A DNA stretch of 43,091 bases from an uncultured bacterium. GTDB lineage: Bacteria > Omnitrophota > Omnitrophia > Omnitrophales > Aquincolibacteriaceae. Below the pieces are notes generated by a model. The model was not told the DNA's origin and made no database searches. It worked only from the letters and a program-made list of their open reading frames with translations. The first letter of the stretch is position 1. Each line of letters opens with the position of its first letter. Below are positions 24,609-31,426 of the stretch, in pieces. A program made the position numbers and the translations under genes. The stretch is taken from the NCBI GenBank assembly GCA_964541285.1, contig CAZIQJ010000002.1, forward strand, positions 1 through 43,091, in the 5' to 3' direction.

Positions 24609-25805
24609 TCAGGAGTTTGTCAGATTGCTTTCTTTCCAGGAAAGAAGTGAGGCGGTTGTGCCGCTTGAACCGGCAGTCTTTAAAGCTTCGTCAAAGTGGA
24701 TCGCGCCATTGCCGGACTGGGTATAGGTCCTGGCCACAACAGCTCCGTAAAGCGCTCCGTTACCCGAATTGCTGACTGCGGAGTTGGGCGCGTAAATTCC
24801 GGCATAAAGATTGCCGTTGCCTGAAAGCGAGACAGAAGAGCTTCCGGTCGAATAAATCAGCATATTGGGCGGCTTGCTGCTGGAAGTTGAAATCCCGTTG
24901 CCCGCAATGCTGATGGTTCCACTGACATAAATGGTAACAGCGCCGGTGGCGCTCAACCGTCCATTGCCTGAAACACTCAGGCTGCTGTAATGATAGGTGC
25001 CCGCGGCCAGAGTCACGGTGGTGTTGCCGCTGATGGAAAGTGAGCCTGACGAAGCCGTGGTCGTGGTAACAGCCTGCGGATTTTGAGCGGCGGTCGCGGC
25101 TGTCTTTGTGCCTGTGACCGCGGCATTTCCGGAAGTGGTCAGCACCGAGGTCGGAGTGGACCCGACACCCGTGGTTAAATTCCCGTTAATGAGGGCATTG
25201 CCTGAAAGAGTCACGGTACCATTTGAAGAGCTGTCTGTTCCTACATGCCCGCGGCTGAAAACATTTGAGCCACCGTATGAACCATTGCTGGAATTATAGG
25301 CATCCGTCGCCGCATTGCCTGAAAGGGAAACACTGTTTTTTGCAAACACTCCAAAGTTAAAAGCGCCGGAAGTCGCGGTCTGAACATATCCGGTGATGGT
25401 TCGTGTTTCCACAGGTTCCGTGGTAGAGCTTTGAGCCGGAGAATAACTTGTTACTGCGATTTTCTTGATGTTGCTGCCCATGTCTGTGACAGTCGTGGAA
25501 TAGCCGCCCTGAAAGCCGGTGGATGAAATATCCATGGAAGTGTACCCGCTCGACCATGGGTAGCTGCTGATACTGCTGTTCTTGACGCGGTAAAACGCGT
25601 CATCAAAACCCGCTTCCGCGATATTGAAAGCCATGATCTTCTTTTTATTTCTTTCAGAGGCCCTGATATAGGAAGTGGCCCAGCCAAAAAGCCCGATGGC
25701 AAAAATCAGCATGGTGGAAAGAAGCATGTAGCTGACCACAAGAAGAAACCCTTTCGAGTTTCCCAGCATACCCGTCATTCCTTTTTTCTCTTCCTGGTTT
25801 TTCAT
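24609..25805 (-). CDS. PilX/GspK-like large minor pseudopilin with a C-terminal SGN-repeat (predicted beta-helix) domain, 398 aa
   Basis: The N-terminus is pilin-like and hydrophobic but lacks Glu+5 (SKGFLLVVSYMLLSTMLIFAIGLF). It is followed by IMAFNIAEAGFDDAFYRV, a PilX N-terminal-type motif. The C-terminal 240 aa or so contain eight SGN and one AGN motifs spaced roughly 14-50 aa apart. Confidence 0.6.
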   Translation of the reverse strand: MKNQEEKKGMTGMLGNSKGFLLVVSYMLLSTMLIFAIGLFGWATSYIRASERNKKKIMAFNIAEAGFDDAFYRVKNSSISSYPWSSGYTSMDISSTGFQGGYSTTVTDMGSNIKKIAVTSYSPAQSSTTEPVETRTITGYVQTATSGAFNFGVFAKNSVSLSGNAATDAYNSSNGSYGGSNVFSRGHVGTDSSSNGTVTLSGNALINGNLTTGVGSTPTSVLTTSGNAAVTGTKTAATAAQNPQAVTTTTASSGSLSISGNTTVTLAAGTYHYSSLSVSGNGRLSATGAVTIYVSGTISIAGNGISTSSSKPPNMLIYSTGSSSVSLSGNGNLYAGIYAPNSAVSNSGNGALYGAVVARTYTQSGNGAIHFDEALKTAGSSGTTASLLSWKESNLTNS

Positions 25806-25809
25806 AAAT

Positions 25810-26349
25810 TTATGAGTTCCTTAACCTTGCCTGACCTGTAATCTGCAGAGGCGTGGCCGGCACATTGCGGCCGTTGGTCAAGGCCCGCTGAACGCTCAAG
25901 GTCACCGTGACAACAGTCGGGGTTCCGGAATTGCCCGCAAAAGTCACGTCTGTAACATCCGACGCCATGGTCGTTACGGCGCCGGTCGTCAAATTGGTCC
26001 TTATGATGCGGCCCGCGTTGCTTCCCGTTCCCAAAGAGTATTGAATCTGGTTGCCCCAATTGGTGGCATAAGCCCCTGTGACCGGGCTGCTGCTGTTTGG
26101 AACGGTAAACGTAATGCTGTTGCCGTCCGCGGCCACCGCCACACGCGTGGGCGAGGACTCGCGTATTTCCTGAACCATCCTGTAAAGTCCTTCCCTGGCC
26201 GAAGTCTGCACCGTCATCTTGACATTGCTGGTTTCAAAGGTCGTTGCGGTCACTCGCAGCGACGCGAAAATGGCATACGCGATCATAGTTGAAGCTCCGA
26301 CCGCCATCATCATTTCAACAAGCGTCATGCCCTTTTCATTTTTCAGCAT
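25810..26349 (-). CDS. Prepilin-type N-terminal cleavage/methylation domain protein (PilW/GspJ-like minor pseudopilin)
   Basis: The N-terminus MLKNEKG|MTLVEMMMAVGASTMIAYAIFASL is a class III signal with Gly-1 and Glu+5. At 179 aa it lies 4 nt from both neighbouring pilin-like genes. Confidence 0.7.
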   Translation of the reverse strand: MLKNEKGMTLVEMMMAVGASTMIAYAIFASLRVTATTFETSNVKMTVQTSAREGLYRMVQEIRESSPTRVAVAADGNSITFTVPNSSSPVTGAYATNWGNQIQYSLGTGSNAGRIIRTNLTTGAVTTMASDVTDVTFAGNSGTPTVVTVTLSVQRALTNGRNVPATPLQITGQARLRNS

Positions 26350-26353
26350 CTGC

Positions 26354-26758
26354 TCACGCCCTTTGCGTAATGTAACTTCTCAGAGAAACGCTCATGGTCC
26401 TGTTGCCGTTCTCGCTGTAACTGACCGTCACTCTGACGTCCAGAGGATTCGCGGTCGTGCTGGCATAGGTGACTCTCACCGCCTCATTGGTCAGTGAGGT
26501 ATAGCCCGCAACCGTTCCGCCATTAGGATACGCGGTTGTGACATTGGATGGAAAAGTTCCGGTGGCTGCGGTGTTGCGAAGCTGCTCAATGACCTGGTTG
26601 GCGTCCTGCAGCGCGATGTTACGTTCATACGCTGCCTGGTTCGCGGACTGGATCGCCGTGGCCGAACCCAGAAAGCCGACAAGAATGGTGACCACGACAA
26701 ATGCCGTGATCATCACCTCAACAAGAGTGAACCCTTTTTCATTTTGAAAGGACGTCAT
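26354..26758 (-). CDS. Prepilin-type N-terminal cleavage/methylation domain protein (PilV/GspI-like minor pseudopilin)
   Basis: The N-terminus MTSFQNEKG|FTLVEVMITAFVVVTILVGFLG is the canonical G|FTLxE motif. The protein is 134 aa. Confidence 0.75.
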   Translation of the reverse strand: MTSFQNEKGFTLVEVMITAFVVVTILVGFLGSATAIQSANQAAYERNIALQDANQVIEQLRNTAATGTFPSNVTTAYPNGGTVAGYTSLTNEAVRVTYASTTANPLDVRVTVSYSENGNRTMSVSLRSYITQRA

Positions 26759-26851
26759 CCGTTATTTTCCTTTTCCGCCGCAGTCCTCTCCCGGCAGACA
26801 GAAAACGCCTGCCGGGCCTGAGACCGGGCGCATTTTTCAACCCGGCCTCTC

Positions 26852-27181
26852 TTATTCGACCGGAGCTTCTTCCACAGGAGCATCCACAGAATCTCCCGAG
26901 GGCGCTTCTTCCGTACTCTCCTGAATACAGATGCAATGACCGGCTTCAGGAAGCGTATCGTTCAGCTTCGGAGAAGAGCAGATACCATTGCCGCTCGCAG
27001 CGCAGCTCGTCGCAGGATCATTCTCGGCCGCGTTACAAAGCCCCTGCTGATCTTCAAGAGACAAATCAGGATTAACCTGAATGGCGCTGCAGCCTGCCAC
27101 ACCTGCTGCATCTTCCGCGAACGCGGTTGCAGCAAAGCCCAAAGCCATCAGAAACATCAAGCATAACGTGATTTTCCTCAT
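26852..27181 (-). CDS. Secreted acidic six-cysteine protein (109 aa)
   Basis: This lies inside track ORF 26852..27292. The ATG at 27181 has GGGGGA upstream. There is a signal peptide MRKITLCLMFLMALGFAATAFA. The mature part has 6 Cys (GC, LC, SC, IC, HCIC) and an acidic tail (EEAPSGDSVDAPVEEAPVE). I recognise no family. Confidence 0.5.
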   Translation of the reverse strand: MRKITLCLMFLMALGFAATAFAEDAAGVAGCSAIQVNPDLSLEDQQGLCNAAENDPATSCAASGNGICSSPKLNDTLPEAGHCICIQESTEEAPSGDSVDAPVEEAPVE

Positions 27182-27330
27182 AGTTTTCCCCCTTCCTAAA
27201 AAATTCAAAAACCATGCTTTTTTGCTGTCTTTCACTATAATCATCAAGATTACCTTATTGGGGCCGGACCATAGAAGGCCGACGGATAGCAAAAATCTTC
27301 ATTTACGGTCTTTAAAAAGAGAGTTCCTAA

Positions 27331-28527
27331 ATGGCTAAAAAAAGCCTTTCCAGTTTCAGCTGGGCGCTTTACGACTTTGCCAATACCATTTTTTCCGCGG
27401 TCGTACTGACTGCGTACTTTCCCCTTTACCTGAATTCCCTTATGCCCGGGCGGCCCTGGATGCTGGGCGCGGCCACGACAGGCTCCATGCTGCTGGCTGG
27501 AATTTCCGTTCCTTTCTGGGGAGCGCTCAGTGACTCGACGGGCAAAACAAAAAACTACCTGATCAAAATGACCCTGCTGTGCATCTTTTTTCTTCTGTTT
27601 CTGGCTGTTTTCAAGCAGCCTGTCCCGCTGCTCGCAGCTTTTGTGATTTCGAGCTTTTTTTACCATGCCTCGCTTGTTTTCTATCATTCCCTGCTGGCCG
27701 TGGCCGCGCCCGCAGAAGACCAGGGTTTTGTGTCGGGTCTGGGTACAGGACTCGGCTACCTTGGTGTTGTGGCAGCCCTGCCCGTGGCGCACTGGGCGGA
27801 AGGCCGCTGGGGAACGCCCGCGGCTTTTATCACAGCCGCTGTCCTGTTTTTTATTTTTTCCCTGCCCGTTTTCTTTTTTGTGCCGGAACGCAAAGTGCAC
27901 AACCCCGTTCCCTTCAGCTGGAAAATATGGGCTGAGGAATGGAAAAAAATTCTGAGTCTGGCAGCGACCTTTCTGAAAAAGCCGCCGGTGCTTTATTTTT
28001 TCCTTGGAAATTTCATGATCATGGAAGCGCTTAACGGCACGATTTTCTGGTTCGCGGTTTATGCCAGGGAAGTCTTCAGGCCTTCTTCGCCTGAAATCAT
28101 ACGCCTGCTGATCGGTATGAACGCGGCGGCTTTCTTCACGGGGCTGGTTGCCGGCATGATGACAGGCAGTCTTCCCTCAAAAAAAATACTGCTCTGGTCG
28201 GCCTGCTCGCTGGCCGTGACGCTCGCGGCACTGACCATGACCCCGGATTTCGCACGCTTCAAGCTGATCTGTTTTACAGGAGGGGCTTTTGCGATTTCGG
28301 GAATATGGACGGCGGGAAGAAAACGGGTGGTGGAGATCGCTCCCGAAGAAGAACTGGGCGCGTATTTCGGAATTTACAACCTGACGACCAAGCTTTCTGT
28401 GTTTTCCAATCTGGCGTTCTCGCTCATCGCGGGCCAGGCGGGTTTTCCCGCCGCCCTGCTGGCGCTGACGCTGCCGGCCATCGCGGGGATCGTGCTTCTT
28501 AGAAAAGCAAACAAGCCGGCGCCATAG
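27331..28527 (+). CDS. MFS transporter, UMF1 (Atg22-like) family
   Basis: The N-terminal SWALYDFANTIFSAVVLTAYFPLYL matches the UMF1 signature (W-lYD-ANs-f). There are about 12 hydrophobic segments. It is the only plus-strand gene in the window. Confidence 0.8.
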   Translation: MAKKSLSSFSWALYDFANTIFSAVVLTAYFPLYLNSLMPGRPWMLGAATTGSMLLAGISVPFWGALSDSTGKTKNYLIKMTLLCIFFLLFLAVFKQPVPLLAAFVISSFFYHASLVFYHSLLAVAAPAEDQGFVSGLGTGLGYLGVVAALPVAHWAEGRWGTPAAFITAAVLFFIFSLPVFFFVPERKVHNPVPFSWKIWAEEWKKILSLAATFLKKPPVLYFFLGNFMIMEALNGTIFWFAVYAREVFRPSSPEIIRLLIGMNAAAFFTGLVAGMMTGSLPSKKILLWSACSLAVTLAALTMTPDFARFKLICFTGGAFAISGIWTAGRKRVVEIAPEEELGAYFGIYNLTTKLSVFSNLAFSLIAGQAGFPAALLALTLPAIAGIVLLRKANKPAP

Positions 28528-28753
28528 CCTGCTGAAGACGCTGGATTTCCTGGACTGTATACTCCACGATTTTTACGGTGCCCGCAATCATGTAGACCGT
28601 CAGCAGCGTGACCGCGACAGTCAAAATAATTTTCCATAACATGCTGAAGCGGGGGCTTTTCCAGAGAACAGGAAACGCGAAGGGGCCGAGAAGGATAAGG
28701 CCCAGGAGCACGGCAGGCACACCGTAATACCATTTCGAAGATTCGTCAGGCAT
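28499..28753 (-). CDS. Small two-TM membrane protein (84 aa)
   Basis: The ATG at 28753 overlaps the glutaredoxin stop (ATGA). The hydrophobic helices are VPAVLLGLILLGPFAFPVLW and MLWKIILTVAVTLLTVYMIAG. Its 3' end overlaps the convergent MFS gene by 29 nt. Confidence 0.55.
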   Translation of the reverse strand: MPDESSKWYYGVPAVLLGLILLGPFAFPVLWKSPRFSMLWKIILTVAVTLLTVYMIAGTVKIVEYTVQEIQRLQQAMAPACLLF

Positions 28754-29010
28754 CAGGATTTTAACTTCTGGTCAAGTTTACCCTCGGACTCCAGCTTGTA
28801 CAGATCGTCGGCGCCGCCGATGAATTCCTTCCCGATGAAAATCATGGGGACTGTCATCCAGCCCGTCTTTTCCTCAAGCTCTTCCCTTTTCCCGGGGTCA
28901 TTGTCCAGATTCACTTCATCAAAAGGGATGTTCTTGGATTTCAGCAGGTTTTTGGCGCGCGAGCAATAGGGGCAATAGGTGGTGGTATAAACCGTCACTT
29001 TTTCAGGCAT
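28753..29010 (-). CDS. Glutaredoxin (GrxC-like, 85 aa)
   Basis: This lies inside track ORF 28753..29139. The ATG at 29010 gives MPEKVTVYTTTYCPYCSRAKNLL...TVPMIFIGKEFIGGADDL. It has the CPYC active site and the TVP / GG-DD glutaredoxin motifs. Confidence 0.85.
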   Translation of the reverse strand: MPEKVTVYTTTYCPYCSRAKNLLKSKNIPFDEVNLDNDPGKREELEEKTGWMTVPMIFIGKEFIGGADDLYKLESEGKLDQKLKS

Positions 29011-29155
29011 GTTTTTCCTCGAAAGTGATGTTGGGATGATCCATGGTTCCGTCCGAACAATCCTCGAAATAACCGCACCGCGTACAGCGGACCTTGCATT
29101 GTCTTGAAAGCATCGGCTGCCCGCAGTTGAGGCAAACAAAAACCGGCGCGTTCAA
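29003..29155 (-). CDS. Candidate Cys-rich zinc-ribbon / rubredoxin-like mini-protein (about 50 aa, below the ORF-track cutoff)
   Basis: My own translation, in a different frame from the track ORF, is (TTG)NAPVFVCLNCGQPMLSRQCKVRCTRCGYFEDCSDGTMDHPNITFEEKHA*. It has two CxxCG knuckles plus two more Cys. The TTG start overlaps the ispH stop (TTGA), and its stop overlaps the grx start (ATGCCTGA). The start codon is uncertain, and an alternative ATG would remove the first knuckle. Confidence 0.3.
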   Translation of the reverse strand: MNAPVFVCLNCGQPMLSRQCKVRCTRCGYFEDCSDGTMDHPNITFEEKHA

Positions 29156-30333
29156 GCGACTTCGAGAATTTTCCTGATGACTTCCTCGATCACGCGGTTG
29201 GGCGTGGAGGCGCCCGCCGTGACACCGATCGTCAGCGGCCCTTCAGGCAGCCAGGAAGCGGTTTCGATAATGTCGGAGCTGAAGACTTTTTTGTGCTGGA
29301 TTTTTTCTTTTGAAATAATGCAGTCAGCATCCTTGATGTGAAAAGCCGGGCAGAACTCGAGCGACATTTCCACAAGGTGCCCGGTATTGCTGGAATTATA
29401 GCCGCCGACAACAATCATCAGGTCCATACCTTCATGCGCCAGCTTAAGGACCGCGTCCTGGCGTTCCTGGGTCGCGGAGCAGATCGTGTCAAAATGGCGG
29501 AAGCGCGCGGGAATTTCCTGGCTGCCGTAGCGTTTTCCAAGTGAAGCCTGCAGCATGCTGGCAATTTCAAGCGATTCGCTGGAAAGCATGGTGGTTTGAT
29601 TGGCGCACCCCGCATGGCCCAGGTCCTTGTCCGGATCAAAACCCGATGACATGCTGTGCTGGAACTCTTTTAAAAATTCTTCCCTCGTGCCGCGCCCTTC
29701 GATGTAATCGCAGACTTTCTGCGCCTGCGCCTTGTCACGGACCACCAGATAGCGGCCCTGCGGATACTGAAGCGCGCGCGAACAGGTGGCCAGGGTTTCT
29801 TCATGATCATATTTGCCATGCACAATAGAAGTGAAACCTTCACGCGCGTAGGATTCCACACGCTTCCAGACACTCATGACCGAACCGCAGGTCGTGTCCA
29901 CCAGAACACAGCCGCGTTTCTGAAGCGCTTCCAGCTCCGCGACCGTGGTGCCGAACGCGGGCAGGATGACCACGTCTTTTTCCGTGATCTGATCGACTGT
30001 GACGCCGCAGCTGTAAGGCCCGGAAAGAAACTGGATGCCCATTTCCTGGAGTTTGGCGTTGACGCGGGGGTTATGGATGATTTCATTGGTCAGGAAAATG
30101 CGGCGCTCCGGAAATTTGGCGCGCGTCTCATAGGCATAATCAATGGCGCGGTCCACGCCATAGCAAAAACCGAATTCTTCGGCCAGGCGGATTTTCAGAC
30201 GCCCGGCTTCAAGGCGGTAGTTTTGCGCCTTGATCGTTTCGATCAGGGAGCTGTGGTAGCTGGCTTCGAGCTGGGGTTTGATTTCCTGCTTCAGGCCGAA
30301 GCTTTTACGGATGATTTCTGTTTTTTCTGACAT
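29152..30333 (-). CDS. ispH: 4-hydroxy-3-methylbut-2-enyl diphosphate reductase (IspH/LytB), long form
   Basis: Motifs seen: LAEEFGFCYGVDRAIDYA (first cluster Cys), NEIIHNPRV, VDTTCGSVMSVW (second Cys), HAGCANQTT... and VVGGYNSSNTGHL. At 393 aa it carries the N-terminal extension seen in cyanobacterial and plant-type IspH. Confidence 0.88.
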   Translation of the reverse strand: MSEKTEIIRKSFGLKQEIKPQLEASYHSSLIETIKAQNYRLEAGRLKIRLAEEFGFCYGVDRAIDYAYETRAKFPERRIFLTNEIIHNPRVNAKLQEMGIQFLSGPYSCGVTVDQITEKDVVILPAFGTTVAELEALQKRGCVLVDTTCGSVMSVWKRVESYAREGFTSIVHGKYDHEETLATCSRALQYPQGRYLVVRDKAQAQKVCDYIEGRGTREEFLKEFQHSMSSGFDPDKDLGHAGCANQTTMLSSESLEIASMLQASLGKRYGSQEIPARFRHFDTICSATQERQDAVLKLAHEGMDLMIVVGGYNSSNTGHLVEMSLEFCPAFHIKDADCIISKEKIQHKKVFSSDIIETASWLPEGPLTIGVTAGASTPNRVIEEVIRKILEVA

Positions 30334-30354
30334 GTTTTAAGAGGGTTCCTTTGG

Positions 30355-31359
30355 TCAGGAAATGACCGGAAGCTTCCGGACCTTGACGCCCGCTTCCTGC
30401 AAAAGCCGGAAAGCGGTGTCGGTCAGCGCGTAGTCCACGTTGTAGACAACTTCGCTGATCCCCGCGTTGATGATCATTTTGGTGCACATCAGGCAGGGCG
30501 AAAAAGTGGTGTACAGCACCGCTCCCCCGATATTAACGCCGTGGTAAGCGGACTGCACGATGGAGTTTTCCTCCGCGTGCGAGCAAAGGCATTCTTCAAG
30601 CCCCTTGCCCGAAGCATCAATGGCATTGCAGCGGGGGCATCCGCCCTCAGAGCAGTTCTTGACGCCGCGGGGAGTGCCGTTATAACCCGTGGAAATAATT
30701 CTTTTTTCCTTCACAATCACAGCCGCGACTTTTCTTTTGATGCAGTTGGAGCGAAGCGCCACGACCTTGGCGATTCCCATGAAGTAATCATCCCAGTCCG
30801 GCCGTGACTGCTTTTTTGAAAACTCAAGCAGGAGTTCCTTGACCCTTTCGTGAAGCATCTTGAGCGGGCCGGTGTTGTCCAGAATCGCGTCCGCCATGCT
30901 GATGGCCTTGTCGAGCTGCTGATTGCTGGAATTTTCACTTGAAGCTTCGCGGGCCTCAAGTTCCTGGAATTCTTCGAAAGTTTTGGGGTCGCGTTCCCGG
31001 GCGCGCAGCTTCAGGCGTTCAAAACGCAGCCGCTCAGGCGCGCGCACGGAAGCGAGGATAAAATCGGCGCGGCGGCGAAGCACCTGGACTTCGGAAGGAT
31101 GCCGCACAGAATCAATGACGTAATGTTTTTCGGGATCAAGACGCGGAAAAATTTTTTCGGCCAGAACGCCCGGGCCCTGCTGATTGCGCAGTTTGTTGCC
31201 CAGATCCACCAACACATCGCGGGTAACTTCTCCCCCGGATTTGGTCGCTTCTTCACGAAGCACATCGGAGAGAGAATAATACTGGAAGCCGCGTTCCTGG
31301 AGATAGCGGGCCACTTCCCCCTTGCCCGCCCCGTTTTTACCCGTAAGGCCGATAATCAT
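30355..31359 (-). CDS. Fusion protein: N-terminal P-loop nucleoside-monophosphate-kinase-like domain plus a C-terminal zinc-dependent dCMP deaminase domain (334 aa)
   Basis: Motifs seen: Walker A GLTGKNGAGKG (aa 4-14); deaminase start WDDYFMGIAKVVALRSNC (about aa 189); CSHAEE (259-264); SPCLMC (287-292); extra CPRC (241-244). It is a single uninterrupted ORF. Confidence 0.8.
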   Translation of the reverse strand: MIIGLTGKNGAGKGEVARYLQERGFQYYSLSDVLREEATKSGGEVTRDVLVDLGNKLRNQQGPGVLAEKIFPRLDPEKHYVIDSVRHPSEVQVLRRRADFILASVRAPERLRFERLKLRARERDPKTFEEFQELEAREASSENSSNQQLDKAISMADAILDNTGPLKMLHERVKELLLEFSKKQSRPDWDDYFMGIAKVVALRSNCIKRKVAAVIVKEKRIISTGYNGTPRGVKNCSEGGCPRCNAIDASGKGLEECLCSHAEENSIVQSAYHGVNIGGAVLYTTFSPCLMCTKMIINAGISEVVYNVDYALTDTAFRLLQEAGVKVRKLPVIS

Positions 31360-31366
31360 AGGGGAG

Positions 31367-31395
31367 ATAATAACTTAAACGCCTTATTCAGGCAA
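31367..31395 (-). promoter_or_regulatory. Candidate sigma70-type promoter directly abutting the kinase-deaminase start codon (predicted leaderless mRNA)
   Basis: The minus strand reads TTGCCT-17 nt-TATTAT, then 7 nt (CTCCCCT), then the ATG at 31359. There is no Shine-Dalgarno sequence. Confidence 0.4.
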
Positions 31396-31426
31396 GCGCC
31401 CCAATTCTCCCCCGGAAAGGGAAAAA

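Noticed and set aside
27236-27241. A perfect TATAAT in the divergent spacer between the Cys-rich protein gene and the MFS gene, considered as the MFS promoter.
   Set aside because: No acceptable -35 hexamer lies at 16-19 nt spacing on either strand (TTGCTG is only 8 nt away). It is too weak to list as a feature, although a -10-only or extended promoter cannot be excluded.
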